IMG/VR virus record: IMGVR_UViG_3300046804_000544
Location: 1 to 64,000 of that record
Strand: one strand, 5' to 3'
Length of the DNA stretch: 64,000 nucleotides
Origin: a virus
A program made the position numbers and the translations under genes. Under the pieces are notes generated by a model. That model saw only the letters and a list, made by a program, of their open reading frames with translations. It searched no databases and was not told the origin of the DNA. Within the stretch, counting starts at the first letter, position 1; each line of letters opens with the position of its first letter. Below are positions 27,272 to 39,300 of the stretch, one piece after another.

Positions 27272-28297
27272 TTAATGTGCGTGGTAGTTTTCGCTATCTG
27301 GATCGTCGTGATCTGGAATTCCGTCACCGTCTGAGTCTTCTGGGTGGCTGTATCCACATTCTTCACACCATTTAGCGTGGTGTGCATCGTGTACAGCAGG
27401 ATCATTTAGATCAACATCTGGATCTGCTTCTTTGCATTGCTCACAGTGCTCTAAATAGTGTGAAACCTTATGAGCATGTGTGCATGGGTTGATTTGCATG
27501 ACAGGCCATGGCTCTATTGCTTCAGTTTCTGCAACAGTGTTTGGGCAAACTGCTTCGATTACATCCGGATGATCAGCACATTCATGTTCAACTGCACCCC
27601 ACTTGTATGTGCGTTCTACACTTTTTGGAGGATTAGGTACACCATCTGGTAAACCAATTGGATGTGTATTATCTAACGTAACTGTATCTGGACTTGGCCA
27701 AGTTAACTTCCAAGGATGATTTTTACATACTTCGTTGTCTAATAACTCTTGAACAATCTGTATACAATACTCAATTTTTGCTTCTTCTCTAGTAGTTAAT
27801 AGATCAGTTCTTAAGCGTCTTTTTAAATCAGCAATATGTGCCTTACCACTTCTTACCAGTTGATCCCATTGACTGTCTAATTTAAACCAGGGATAAGTTA
27901 CTCGTCCAAAACGATCAATGGTAACATCTTGCATACTGTAAGTATGATCCAATGTTGGATGCTCAAATCTTTGATATACAACATTGTATTTTTCATAAAC
28001 TGTTTCAACTATAGTATCTGTTGCATGATCTTCATGATTACAAATCATAGCCATTAATGCAATATGGTTAGGATTGTGTGAGTGTAGATAAATCCATTGC
28101 ACTTCGTCGTTGCTGTTATTAGTACCGCCATGACAAGCATATCCGTCGTGATCAAATTCTACTCCACGATTTGGTTTGCGTGTCTGTCGATCTACTCCGA
28201 CTTTAATATCGTGCGGCCCTCTATATTCACTTTCAACCCATTTCCAACCACTGGTTAAATCGTTATATTCTACTGGGGCTTTATACTTAAATTTCAT
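27272..28297 (-). CDS. Putative fibre-assembly chaperone with His/Cys/Asp-rich C-terminal tail
   Basis: Central W..L....LxWPxP segment recalls tail-fibre chaperones; C-terminus has HCEQC, WCEEC, many His and DSDGDGIPDHDDPD. Confidence 0.5.
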   Translation of the reverse strand: MKFKYKAPVEYNDLTSGWKWVESEYRGPHDIKVGVDRQTRKPNRGVEFDHDGYACHGGTNNSNDEVQWIYLHSHNPNHIALMAMICNHEDHATDTIVETVYEKYNVVYQRFEHPTLDHTYSMQDVTIDRFGRVTYPWFKLDSQWDQLVRSGKAHIADLKRRLRTDLLTTREEAKIEYCIQIVQELLDNEVCKNHPWKLTWPSPDTVTLDNTHPIGLPDGVPNPPKSVERTYKWGAVEHECADHPDVIEAVCPNTVAETEAIEPWPVMQINPCTHAHKVSHYLEHCEQCKEADPDVDLNDPAVHDAHHAKWCEECGYSHPEDSDGDGIPDHDDPDSENYHAH

Positions 28298-28317
28298 TTA
28301 ATTCTCCTGAACCTTTA

Positions 28318-29355
28318 TTATGAGTAACTAATCAATACTAATCCTCTGCCGCCGCAACTACCCAAACAGCAGCCGCCTCCAAGTCCGCTACCGCCAGCAC
28401 TTTTGCCGCCACCGCCGGGTGTATTTCCATTAACACCACCGTAGTTCCAGCACATAATCATACAGTTACAGCAGTTATTACAGCTACCCTGCGCTGCAAA
28501 CATGCCGCAATCACAACACTGTGCGCCACCGCCAGCATAGGCCATGCCGCCGTTGCCAAATGCAGCATGACAGTAGGCAGCACCAGCATTTCCATAACCA
28601 TTACCTGCTGTAGTCTTGTTGTCTTTTCCGCCACCACGGGGGTGATCAACACCAAATGCTACAAATTGTGCCGGATTACTAAATCCGCAGGCGCCTTTAA
28701 CAAAGAAATTAAAGCATTGGCAACAATTATATGTGCATCCAGTGTAACTAGTACCTTGTCTGAAACAAAATGCTGTATTTCTTTCAAAATAATTTCGGCA
28801 ATCCGGTCTATCATGACACCATTGACGTTGGCAATCAAATAGACCATTGTAAAAACAATCCCAGCAGCAAGCAAAAGACAGTGGGCTGTATTGAGAATTC
28901 CAATCCCAAGGCCATACACAGGCGTTTTGGTCAAACCAGCAACAAGTACTGCCTCCGCAGGCATTATCAGTTTGCCATAGCCAACCTGTTGTACAATTAC
29001 AGACTCTTGATATTTGTCCGCCGCTGCCTGCAAACCAACCCATGCCGCCTGAATTACAGCAATCGCAACTGCAAACACAAACACACAGTATATGATTAGT
29101 GCCCGATGTTGTACACACTGCCCATCCGTAGCTGCCTCCTTGCCCTCCAAATGGCGAGCCGCTACAGCAGCAACCACCAGCACCGCCACCACCTTGTCCC
29201 CACATTTCAATTACGAAACAGGTAGCAGTAGAAGGTATACAAACACAACATGCGTTAGTACCTTGAATTGCAAAGCAGGCAGTAGCACGGTGTGTAGGTC
29301 TACACCATATTCTTGATCCACCTCCAGCAGTAAATAGATTTGTAATTAATCCCAT
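28318..29355 (-). CDS. Cys/Gly-rich adhesin-like protein A
   Basis: 345 aa, about 46 Cys by hand count; IEMWGQGGGGAGG, PGGGG and GGRGLVLISY glycine-rich motifs. Confidence 0.75.
   Translation of the reverse strand: MGLITNLFTAGGGSRIWCRPTHRATACFAIQGTNACCVCIPSTATCFVIEMWGQGGGGAGGCCCSGSPFGGQGGSYGWAVCTTSGTNHILCVCVCSCDCCNSGGMGWFAGSGGQISRVCNCTTGWLWQTDNACGGSTCCWFDQNACVWPWDWNSQYSPLSFACCWDCFYNGLFDCQRQWCHDRPDCRNYFERNTAFCFRQGTSYTGCTYNCCQCFNFFVKGACGFSNPAQFVAFGVDHPRGGGKDNKTTAGNGYGNAGAAYCHAAFGNGGMAYAGGGAQCCDCGMFAAQGSCNNCCNCMIMCWNYGGVNGNTPGGGGKSAGGSGLGGGCCLGSCGGRGLVLISYS
29168..29229. repeat. 62-nt perfect direct repeat, copy 1
   Basis: Identical to 30183-30244 by base-by-base comparison. Confidence 0.9.
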
Positions 29356-29356
29356 C

Positions 29357-30382
29357 TTAACACCAACTTATTAAAATTAATCCAGAACCACCTTGTCCTG
29401 GTTGTGTCCATGCAGTGCCGCCACCAGATGTTTTGCCACCACCGCCGGGGAAATATCCTCCAATGGCCCAACACTGAAAACAGCACCAGCCGCAGTTGTT
29501 GTACCATGATTGATCACCGCCAGCATAGGCTGCACCACCTACACCCATTCCGCCACCGCACTGACTGTTTGGTATTTGGCACATGCCGGTACTGCCTGAT
29601 ATAAAATTAAATGATCCCATAGGAGTAGCCGTTGGATCAGGATCTGACCAGCCGCAAGCGCCTAACCATACATAAGGACTTGAGAAGCAGGTACAGCAGC
29701 AACGATCAAACGGTGCATCATGCCTAATCCATTTCTTAACTGGTTCGCTGGTATTATTTCCGCCAAATATTGCTGCATTTACACAAACGCAACCACATTG
29801 TGCTAGCTGATCGCAACACAATACTGGCTGTTGATCATCAGTGGCTACTACTGAACCTTGACTTGACTGTGCTAGTTCTTTGGAGTAATCCATATAGAAT
29901 CTCCAAACATTAGAAACATATTTTCCTGCACAGCAACAGCAGCTTCCGCCCCAGAAACAGCACCACACGCCCGTTGCGCCGCCGCACACGCACCAGGTCG
30001 ATAATCCACCGCCTTGGCATTGGACTACTCTTGAAAATTGTCCGTGGTATGCCTGACAAATTGAACATTGAGAGCAGATACAGTAGCAGTTACATGCACA
30101 TAGTATATGATTAACACCTGATGTTGTACAGGTCACCCAACCATATGCGCCGCCTTGGCCGCCGTAAGGGCCGTTACCACAACAGCAACCACCAGCACCG
30201 CCACCACCTTGTCCCCACATTTCAATTACGAAACAGGTAGCAGTCGAAGGGACGCATACGCAACAGGCTCCGCCGCAGGCAATCCACATACAACAGGTAG
30301 GCTTGTGTGCAGGTCTACACCAATAGGTATTAGGCCTACCGCCGCCTGCTTTACCTCCAATATATCCAAATACTGATGCCAT
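29357..30382 (-). CDS. Cys/Gly-rich adhesin-like protein B (paralogue of A)
   Basis: 341 aa, about 45 Cys by hand count; same glycine-rich scaffold as A. Confidence 0.75.
   Translation of the reverse strand: MASVFGYIGGKAGGGRPNTYWCRPAHKPTCCMWIACGGACCVCVPSTATCFVIEMWGQGGGGAGGCCCGNGPYGGQGGAYGWVTCTTSGVNHILCACNCYCICSQCSICQAYHGQFSRVVQCQGGGLSTWCVCGGATGVWCCFWGGSCCCCAGKYVSNVWRFYMDYSKELAQSSQGSVVATDDQQPVLCCDQLAQCGCVCVNAAIFGGNNTSEPVKKWIRHDAPFDRCCCTCFSSPYVWLGACGWSDPDPTATPMGSFNFISGSTGMCQIPNSQCGGGMGVGGAAYAGGDQSWYNNCGWCCFQCWAIGGYFPGGGGKTSGGGTAWTQPGQGGSGLILISWC
30183..30244. repeat. 62-nt perfect direct repeat, copy 2
   Basis: Encodes TATCFVIEMWGQGGGGAGGCC; identical to 29168-29229. Confidence 0.9.
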
Positions 30383-30396
30383 TTATTTCTTATCCT

Positions 30397-30747
30397 TTAG
30401 GTTATCTGTGCCACTACCCAGTCATTTCGTCCAGCAGAATATTGTAATCTTATTAACGCTCTAGCTAAATTAATTGTTAAATTATCATTAAATCCGCCTA
30501 CTGTAGATCCATCACCGCTGGGATTTACAATACATAGATTACTATCAAATGTTCCAGCTACATCAAAAATGTCTACAAAATTTCCAGCAGATGGATTAGA
30601 AGGGAGAGTCAATGTTACTGCGCCACTAGTAGTGTTAACATAGTTTACGCTGTTAAAAGTCAATGTGGTATTTGAAGTGATATCTTGTACAGTACCAGCA
30701 GCGGTTGGAACGTATCTAAATTGCCCTTGACCGATAAATCTTCCCAT
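30397..30747 (-). CDS. Small tail-fibre domain protein
   Basis: VNTTSGAVTLTLPSNPSAGNFVDIFD motif of the kind seen in T4-like long-fibre proximal domains. Confidence 0.6.
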   Translation of the reverse strand: MGRFIGQGQFRYVPTAAGTVQDITSNTTLTFNSVNYVNTTSGAVTLTLPSNPSAGNFVDIFDVAGTFDSNLCIVNPSGDGSTVGGFNDNLTINLARALIRLQYSAGRNDWVVAQIT

Positions 30748-30758
30748 TTCTTTAATCC

Positions 30759-31079
30759 TTAGACTGTGCTAGTTTCAATACCATATGCAACAGCATTTAC
30801 ACCAGTTGCACTTGAATACACTACAATTAATTTTCCTGCATCTACAACAATACCTGTTCTTTCAAGAACACCTCTTCCTGGAATTGTAGTATCAAATTCT
30901 AAATAGCTGTTATCTGTAACGCCTGCACTGGTAGTAAGACCTAATCTTACTGTAACAGATGTAGCGTTTCTATTACAAATAGTAACAGATGCCACAGCAA
31001 ATGTATTAGTTGGGCAGGTATACAAGGTCGTGTTTGTTGTTGCTGCTAAATCTTGTATTCCTAATCTTCCTGTTGGCAT
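30759..31079 (-). CDS. Small beta-rich fibre-associated protein (paralogue family, copy 1)
   Basis: 106 aa; similar to 41775-42104 and 55056-55361. Confidence 0.7.
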   Translation of the reverse strand: MPTGRLGIQDLAATTNTTLYTCPTNTFAVASVTICNRNATSVTVRLGLTTSAGVTDNSYLEFDTTIPGRGVLERTGIVVDAGKLIVVYSSATGVNAVAYGIETSTV

Positions 31080-31093
31080 TCTTTAATCTCCGT

Positions 31094-34000
31094 TTATGGC
31101 TTTAAATAATAGTTTAACGCTAGCGGACTACCATCTACACCATTTTTAAAATACACTTTGTTTTTAAAATTAATCTGCGTATTGGCTGTATTGCTAATGT
31201 TAGCTCCACTAATATTTATCAATCCTGCTGTTAGACTATTTACGTTCAATGTACTAGTTCCGCCGCCAATTTGGCTATTAATATAAGTTCTAATAGCTTT
31301 TTGTGTAGGCACAATACTGTCGCTATTTGCTGCAAAAGTACCATCTGTACTAAATTGTGTAATTGTAGTATTTGAACTACCTAAGCTGATAGCACCTAGT
31401 GTCAAGCTCTGTAAGCCTGTTAAGTTAAATGCGTTAGCATTTAGTGTAGCAACACCTGTACTTTGTTGAACGCTGAACAAGTTACCAACGTTAAAGTTAC
31501 CGTCTTGGTCGGTACTGGTAAAGAATACTCGTCCACCACCAAATTCTTTAGTCTGTTTTGTAACGTCTGCCGCCTGTGTTGGCTGATTTGGATAGTTAGT
31601 TGTTGTGGTATTACCAGTACCAATACTTAAGAAATCATGACCGGTTAGACGCACTTGGCTGTAGTTGATTCTTATAGTAATGCCTGCGGCGTGTGCAGGA
31701 GCCAGTGCTATGGTCATGCTAGGACTAATTTGTAGTGTAGCTGTTAAAGCACCACTGTAGAATGTTGTATTAGCAGCAATTGTTTGGCTATTATTAATGG
31801 TCCAACTTAGTCCTGAACCTCCAGTAATTTGTGTGCCGTTAGTTACATACGTACCACTGATATACTGTCCTATAGCAATAGTACCCGATGTAACTGAAGC
31901 AACAGTTAATGTAGTTCCACTAATTGACCCTACAAATACAGCACTGGATCCAACTTGATTGCTAACAGATACCAGTTTATAAACAGTACTGTCGCCAGCA
32001 AATACTACGTTTGCACCTGCTGTAGGTGGATTAGTTAAATTATTAATATTGAGATATTGACCAGTTTGGAACTGATCCATATACCCGCCACTGGTTGTGG
32101 TAATTGTTGTTGTCGCTGAACTATAACCAGTACCTTTATTGCTAAAGTTAGGCTGTGCCAATGCACCGTTACCGGTACGCACAGTCCAGGTAGCTGCTAC
32201 TGTTACATTAGGATCAGTAATAGTCATTGTTGGGGCAACGGTATATCCTGATCCTGATTCAGTTAGTCTAAATGCTGCTACTTGGTTGCTGGCTATAACT
32301 GCTCGGGCCTGCGCTCTTTCAAAGTTAGGAACGCTAGCTGAAGTAGTAGTGCTAGTATGGAACATCCATATTGGAGTGTTACTTGGATTACCAAATTGTA
32401 CTGTGGTCCAGGTTGACGATGCTGATAAGTTAGCACTTACCCAGTTTTCACCGTCGTAACTCCATGTTACAGCCTGTGTTGTTGCACCACCAAATCCCTG
32501 TATGGCTATAAACACACCTTGACCGTAGCGCACTTCTTTCCACGAACCTGCACTTGGTAAACCCACATCACTGTAAGCTACTGCCGGACCTCTTGCTACC
32601 CAATTAATACCGTCTGTTGATAGTGCATAAGTTGCAGAACCGTTGGCTACTGCAACAAATAAATTATTACCGTAAGTTATACTGGTCCATGCTTGGCTAA
32701 CTGGTAATGTAGCAGCCGACCAAGTAGTGCCGTTATCTGTTGAGTATGCAGCAGCAGTGCCTGGTGTTCCAGCACCGGCAATGGCTACCCATTTGCCTCC
32801 GCCGTATGCTATACTTGTCCAGGTGTTACTGCTAGGCAATGCGCCGCCTGCTGCCCATGTTGATCCATTAGTACTGATCATTGTTGCGGTAGCGCCTGAT
32901 GATACTGCAATAAATCTGCTGTTTCCGTAAGCTACACCAGTCCAGTTTTGGTTTGTTGTTGTACCAGTATTCCATGTTGTACCATTACTACTCCATGCTG
33001 ATGTAGTACCGTTACCAACTGCTACATAATAAGTTGTTCCACTAATTGCACCAGCAGCGGCTGCTTGTACTGTAAATGTTGGGAAACCTGTAGCTAGTGT
33101 AGTTGTTGTTCCGTTTGTACTGTAGTTTGCTACACCACCAGTTCCTACCGTAACAAAATAACCGTTGGCGTATGCACTGGCTACGGTGTTTCCGTTATTT
33201 GTTCTAGCAGTTGCACTAAATGCGGTAGTACTAAAACTAATTCTAGGTTCAACAATATAAGCTGTTGTTCCATCTAATGCCGCAGCCCTAGTGGTGCCTG
33301 GAACTGCATGATCCCATCCAGCTGCATTTACACTCATTGGGCCGCCACCGGTGTTAGATCCCACTGTAAATGTTCCGCCGCCTTGTGCTGAACTAATACT
33401 GAATTGTGTTCCGCTGAATCCAGCTACAACATAATATATAGTACCAATAACAATGTTACTACCAGTTAATGTTGTGCCAGAAAATACAACAGGCATACCT
33501 GTATAGAATCCAGTTGTACTACTAACTGTAATTAAGTTTGATCCTGTTGCTGTTACTGATAGTGCAGTAAAACTTTCTTTAGCAACACTAGCTACTTTTA
33601 GTGTAGGATTGTATGCAGCAATGTATCCAAACTGACCGGCACCTGCACCGCTTTGAATTGTAACTCTAACACCTTGGTAACTGGCTGCTGTACCTGTAGT
33701 ATCAGAAGCAGCCAGTGTGATTTGTGTTGTATTTCCGCTTTGTGCATTGCTACCGGCAAAAACATACCCAGAGCCTGCTGTTAGCAATCTAACTTCAAAA
33801 ACTGCTTGATCTCTAGTGTCAATAATTGCATCGTGTGCTGCACCGGCGCCACCGCTAAACGTATATGTAGTGCCAGAGCCTGTGTAGTTTGTACCGGCAT
33901 TACTGTATTCTAATCTTAAAATTGCACTACCGTTGGTTAAAGTGTATCCAACTTGTGCCTGACCGGCACGATTATTCACAGCAGCATAAATTGGTGATTC

Positions 34001-36265
34001 TAAGAAACGTACACCTTCACTTACAGAACCATACAAACCATAACTGTTATTTCCGTTAGTAGCACGAATCTTACCGCCATTTTCTGCTAGGTAACCAATG
34101 TGGTTATAGTATGTAAAGATAGAAACTAATTCTGCTAGTCCCATGTTAGTGACCCATGCGCCGATACCGTCACTTAAAATATTTGTAAAGTCGTTAGCAA
34201 CAATAGATTTATTACCACCGTTGTGTATATTGCCGTCTACCTTCATTCCGACACAACCAGTGCCAAATGTAGTCACGTTTTGTATGTACGGTGATTTTGA
34301 AGTAATCCAAACAGTAGAATCAGCTGGGCCGGAGCCAGGATCTAAACTAACATACGCACCAGCACTTGGACGTAGTGTACCAAAAGGTGTTACTAAAGTA
34401 TATGTTGTAGTTGAGATAGCTGCTGTTGACAATGTAACATAAATGCCGTTAAGTGCATTAGCATAGGTGGTAGCTACTGTAAATTGAGTGGTGCTAGTAA
34501 CTAGACCAACATAATAAGTACCTGCACTAAGTCCGCCGCCGCCTGTACCAGAAACAGTAAATGTAAAACCAGTAACAAAATTAGCTGTACTAGCAACTGT
34601 TACTAATCCACCAGCACCAGTATTACCTTGTGTAGATGCGGTAGTATTTGTAATACTACCTGAAGCTACTGTAGAAGACAGTGTACCACTTAGTCCCTGC
34701 AGTGTCATATTACGAATAGTAGATGCATTTCGTACATAGAACATGTTTGCTGTTGCTACTGTAGGTTGAACGATTACTGTACGTAATTCGTCTCCGACTA
34801 AGCTAACGTTAGCAGGAACTGTTATAGGACAAACTTCAGTGTAAGTACCAGTTTTGATAAAAATAGTAGATCCGCTAATTGCCTGACCGCAGGCATATTT
34901 AATTGTAGCAAAAGGTTTATCTAATGTGTTACCGTAACCGGCAGCATCTGTACCACTAGGTGCAACATAGTAAACTTTACTGATAGCACCAAAAGTTGCC
35001 CATGCCGGTGCTGTTCCGCTGACTTTTAAAATTTGGCCGTCTGTGCCGATACCTAATCGTGTTGGTCCACCGCCGCCATAATAGAAAATATCACCTTGTG
35101 TAGTCAATACGTTTGATTCTGTACCAGCTACCAATTGATTCCAGTATGTACCTGCAACATCTGTTGCTGGATCATTAACTCCAGTTGAAGATGTATGTGC
35201 TAATATACAAACATAACTGTTACTGTTCTGTTTGACCGAATCACCTGCTACATAGGCAGTAGCGGTAGCCCAGTTACCTCTCCAACGGAATCCAGGATTT
35301 AATAAAGACCAGTAGGTTGCATTGGGAGGTGTAAAGTTTGTATGATCTAAAATGCATAGATATGTATAACCACCTAGGGTTACAACATTACCTACTTTAT
35401 AAGCAGTAGCTCCACTCCAAGCACCTTGAAAACTAAACCCGGTACTTAATAGTGCCCAGTCAGATGGGTTTGTAGTAGGAGTTTTATTAGTGTTATTTGT
35501 CTTAGCAGAATAAGCATAGCCGCCATAAGTTACTACATCGCCTAATTGATAAATTCCAACAGATGTCCATGTGCTTTCAAATTGTAAACCTTCTACAAAT
35601 GCTACCCAATAACCTGAAGTTACTTGATCAGTAATGAAACTGGCTGTTGAAACGTGTATTGTTACGCAGATCCATAAACCTGCACCATATTTTACAACAT
35701 CGTTAATTTTGTATCTAGTACCGCTGGCGGTCCATGTTCCTTTGTAGTCAAAACTTTGATTTACAATGTCCCATTTTGCCTGATCTGCTTCTAGGCCACC
35801 GCCTACCAGTGTAGCACTGGCGTTACTAGTGTGTGCTGTATTACAACGATAAACAGTTCCACCATATTTTACAACATCTGCAACTTTGTAAACTGTGCTA
35901 GTTGCCCAATTTCCCAACCAGTTAAATGCCGTAGCAAACTGATCCCATTTAGATTGATCTAATTCTAATGTGCCTTGACTAGTGTGCCCAGTATTACAAA
36001 CATAAACAGTTCCGCCATATTTTACAGTGTCACCTACTTTATAAAATGTAGTAGCTGCCCAGTTACCGAGCCAAGCCTGACCATCTGAAGCTAGATTCCA
36101 ATATGTTGCTAGATCTGTATAAAAATTTGAAGTGCTGGTATGCCCTGCTGTACATATATAAGTTTTTCCGCCGTAACGAATTACGTCGTCTTTAATATAG
36201 GTTGTTGCTGCTGCCCAGGTGCTTTTCCAGACAAATCTAATTCTACCTAGCTTAAACTCTGCCAT
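31094..36265 (-). CDS. Giant tailspike/fibre: 7 CBM5/12-like repeats, beta-helix, BNR-like propeller repeats
   Basis: 1723 aa; seven WxGxW..YxxxDVVxYGG repeats, [16 protein letters not shown] pectin-lyase-like region, WxxxxYGxxxFVAV repeats. Confidence 0.8.
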   Translation of the reverse strand: MAEFKLGRIRFVWKSTWAAATTYIKDDVIRYGGKTYICTAGHTSTSNFYTDLATYWNLASDGQAWLGNWAATTFYKVGDTVKYGGTVYVCNTGHTSQGTLELDQSKWDQFATAFNWLGNWATSTVYKVADVVKYGGTVYRCNTAHTSNASATLVGGGLEADQAKWDIVNQSFDYKGTWTASGTRYKINDVVKYGAGLWICVTIHVSTASFITDQVTSGYWVAFVEGLQFESTWTSVGIYQLGDVVTYGGYAYSAKTNNTNKTPTTNPSDWALLSTGFSFQGAWSGATAYKVGNVVTLGGYTYLCILDHTNFTPPNATYWSLLNPGFRWRGNWATATAYVAGDSVKQNSNSYVCILAHTSSTGVNDPATDVAGTYWNQLVAGTESNVLTTQGDIFYYGGGGPTRLGIGTDGQILKVSGTAPAWATFGAISKVYYVAPSGTDAAGYGNTLDKPFATIKYACGQAISGSTIFIKTGTYTEVCPITVPANVSLVGDELRTVIVQPTVATANMFYVRNASTIRNMTLQGLSGTLSSTVASGSITNTTASTQGNTGAGGLVTVASTANFVTGFTFTVSGTGGGGLSAGTYYVGLVTSTTQFTVATTYANALNGIYVTLSTAAISTTTYTLVTPFGTLRPSAGAYVSLDPGSGPADSTVWITSKSPYIQNVTTFGTGCVGMKVDGNIHNGGNKSIVANDFTNILSDGIGAWVTNMGLAELVSIFTYYNHIGYLAENGGKIRATNGNNSYGLYGSVSEGVRFLESPIYAAVNNRAGQAQVGYTLTNGSAILRLEYSNAGTNYTGSGTTYTFSGGAGAAHDAIIDTRDQAVFEVRLLTAGSGYVFAGSNAQSGNTTQITLAASDTTGTAASYQGVRVTIQSGAGAGQFGYIAAYNPTLKVASVAKESFTALSVTATGSNLITVSSTTGFYTGMPVVFSGTTLTGSNIVIGTIYYVVAGFSGTQFSISSAQGGGTFTVGSNTGGGPMSVNAAGWDHAVPGTTRAAALDGTTAYIVEPRISFSTTAFSATARTNNGNTVASAYANGYFVTVGTGGVANYSTNGTTTTLATGFPTFTVQAAAAGAISGTTYYVAVGNGTTSAWSSNGTTWNTGTTTNQNWTGVAYGNSRFIAVSSGATATMISTNGSTWAAGGALPSSNTWTSIAYGGGKWVAIAGAGTPGTAAAYSTDNGTTWSAATLPVSQAWTSITYGNNLFVAVANGSATYALSTDGINWVARGPAVAYSDVGLPSAGSWKEVRYGQGVFIAIQGFGGATTQAVTWSYDGENWVSANLSASSTWTTVQFGNPSNTPIWMFHTSTTTSASVPNFERAQARAVIASNQVAAFRLTESGSGYTVAPTMTITDPNVTVAATWTVRTGNGALAQPNFSNKGTGYSSATTTITTTSGGYMDQFQTGQYLNINNLTNPPTAGANVVFAGDSTVYKLVSVSNQVGSSAVFVGSISGTTLTVASVTSGTIAIGQYISGTYVTNGTQITGGSGLSWTINNSQTIAANTTFYSGALTATLQISPSMTIALAPAHAAGITIRINYSQVRLTGHDFLSIGTGNTTTTNYPNQPTQAADVTKQTKEFGGGRVFFTSTDQDGNFNVGNLFSVQQSTGVATLNANAFNLTGLQSLTLGAISLGSSNTTITQFSTDGTFAANSDSIVPTQKAIRTYINSQIGGGTSTLNVNSLTAGLINISGANISNTANTQINFKNKVYFKNGVDGSPLALNYYLKP

Positions 36266-36294
36266 TCCTTACTCCAAATCTTTTGCTATTCAAG

Positions 36295-36302
36295 TATTTA
36301 TG
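36295..36302 (-). promoter_or_regulatory. Late promoter motif (CATAAATA)
   Basis: Intergenic, upstream of a GGAG SD and the ATG at 36265. Confidence 0.55.
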
Positions 36303-36317
36303 TAATTGGCAAATTAG

Positions 36318-39300
36318 TTAAATTTGACCAAAAGTTGGTGCTGCTGCTATAAAATAAGTTTGGCCGGCTAATGCTCCGTCAATGCCTCCGGTAAAATTTG
36401 ATTTATTTTGCACATTAATTTGAGTTGCACCAATATTTTCTATAGTACCTGTAGAAATTTTAATGTTTCCTGCTAGTGCAGTGTTTACAGCTGGGCTTGA
36501 ACCACCCCCACCAATTCTACTAGAAATATAAGTGGCTACAGCTCGCTGAGTGCTAATTACACTGTCGCTATTTGCACTAAAAGTACCGTCTGTACTGATA
36601 GTATTGATAATAGCACTGGTACTACCAACAATAATTGCACCTAAACTTAACTGACTCAATCCTGTCAAATTAAACAAACTAGCACTTAAGGTAACAATAC
36701 CGGTAGCTTGACTTACTCCAAATAGACTACCTACTAAGAAATTACCGTCTTGATCGGTACTTGTATAGAATACACGACCTCCACCGTTTTCTATAACTTG
36801 ATAAGTTGATAGTGCTGCCTGAGTTGGAGTACCAGGATAGTTAGTAGTTGTAGTATTTCCTGTTCCAATGCTTAAAAAGTCATGTCCTGTTAACCTGCAT
36901 TGACTGTAATTAATTCTAATTGACAAAGTGCTAGCATGAGCAGGGCTTCTAAAAGTAGTCATACTAGTATCAATTTGTAATAATGCAGAAAAGTTTCCTA
37001 CGCTGCCAGTTAAGTTTGTAATAGCTAACAGTTTATAAACAACAGTATTACCAACAAATACAATATTTGATCCAACTGTTGGTATATTTGTCATTCCAGT
37101 TACTTGAATATAGAATCCAGTTTGAAAATTATCAGCGAATCCTGATGCATCTGTGACTGTGGCGCTTTCTCTAATCCAGCCTGTTCCTCTAGAAGTAAAA
37201 TCTGGTTGTCCTAATACATTATTAGAGGTTCTTACACTGTTTTGGGCAGCACTAGAACTATTAGGATCTACAATTGTTACAGTTGGCGTGCTTGAATAAT
37301 TAGATCCAGGATCTATAATTCTATAAGATCTAATCGATCCTGATACCACAATAGGTCTAGCAAATGCAGTAGCACCGGCTGTGACTTGGCCAACTAAATT
37401 AGTACCGGTAGCAAGTAGTATAAATGATCCGGGGCTAGTAGGATTACCGTAAGCTATATCAGTATATGCCACAGCCGCAGGTAAAGTTCTAGCTGTCCAA
37501 ATTATACCGTCTTGGCTAGTTGCGCCTGTGCTTGTTCCCGCCGCTACAGCATAAAATATACCTTCACCATATCGAACAACGTTCCAGCTTGTGCTAGCGG
37601 GCAATGTAAATGCTGTCCAGGTTGTTCCGTCTAAACTATAAGCACCTTGGTTTGTAGCAGCAGCTACAGCAACGAATCTGTCATAACCATAAGTTACACT
37701 CTGCCACTGTGCGGTGGTAGGTAAAGTAGTATTGGTCCAGGTTACACCATTGACACTTACGCTAGCTATATTGCTAGTACCTGTAGATAGTGTTACAAAT
37801 TTACCTTGACCGTAAGCCCATGCTCCTCCTACTACAGACGGAGTACCCAATGTATACCATGTTACTCCATCATTGGTAATCATTAATTCGTTAGTTGAAC
37901 TGGCTGTGCTGCCGCTAGTTGGAATATATCCAGTCATACGTGTACCGGTTTCAACTTGAGCACCGTAAATATAAATTCCTGACGATCCGTTACCTGAATA
38001 AGTTTGGGCGCCACCTGAGATTACATCTATATAAGGATTATTAGTTGAATTAACAGCATTTTTAAATGCTGTAATAGACAATCTATACCAACCTTCTATA
38101 CCTATCGGAGTAATTGATGAACTAACACTGGTATAATCTGCTCCGCTAGCACTTGCAGCTGACACAACAGAACCGTTTGTTAAACTGTAAGTCACTCCAC
38201 AAGAGGAGTTAAGAAAATTACTAAATCCAATTCTTATCTGTGTTCGTTCTGCTGCTCTAGCAAATATACTTAAAGTTACATTAACATTTGTTTCAGATCT
38301 TGTTGTATAGATAACATGTTCAGCATTGGCCGTGTCTTCAACTAATTTTGTTGCACTTGTTGATCTAGCAGGATCTAAAACTGCTGTTGTAAGTGACCTT
38401 GAATTAATATTGCTTGCTGTCCAAAAAACATTAGTAAAATCTGTAGAGAATGAAACTGCATTAGTTCTACTTGTACCTGCGCTGGTAATTAAACCAATAT
38501 TATCTCTAGGTAATTGTAAAAATCTAGAATTTGTAGCAGTTGCTCCAGGTCTGTTTGACGTGCTCCAGTTGACTCCGTTATTTGTGCTGGTACTTAATAG
38601 TGTGCCAGTTCCACCTATAGCTACAAATCGCCCTGGCACAAATCCAACACTGGTATTAGATCCTAAATTACTAAATCCTGTCCCAGCACCCCATGTAATG
38701 CCATCTGTACTATAAACTGCAATAGTGGCTACACCATCAACAGCAACAAAATAGCCGTTACCATAAGTTACACTGTTCCAGTTTGCAGACACTGGCATAT
38801 TACGCAGGTTACTTACGTATGCTGGTGCTGATACAGTAACTCTAGGTTCAACAATATATTGACTAGTAGGATCCGGATCAATTAAAGTAGTTCCTGGAAT
38901 CAAATGATCCCACCCTGGCGTGCCTGTTGATTCTTTATTGAGGTTTGCTATTTTTGTAGTGTTATTATAAGCACTAATTACACCATATTGTCCGGCACCT
39001 TTGCCGTCAAATATTAAAACTCTGAGTCCAATATATTGAGAACTGGTGTTTGTGTCAGATCCTGCAAAAGTTATAGTACCGCTGCTAGCACTACCACCTT
39101 GAGCAAAGTTAGTAGTTGATAAGTAAGAGGTTCCTCCAGGAAACCCGGTATTTGTAGGATCGGTTGATCTAATCTGAAATACTGCGGCAGTTCTACGCTC
39201 ATAATTGTCAATTACAATACCTGTTCCAGTTCCAGTAATTGATATTGTAGGACTAGAACTATAATTTTGGCCAGCATTATCGTATTCTAAACGTAATATT

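Noticed and set aside
28458-29604. Alternative-frame and antisense ORFs of 65-183 aa over the Cys-rich genes
   Set aside because: By-products of locally GC-richer Gly/Cys codons; no initiation signals or motifs.
29168-30244. Possible DGR template/variable repeat pair
   Set aside because: The copies are fully identical rather than differing at adenines, lie in N-terminal scaffold sequence, and no reverse transcriptase is in the window.
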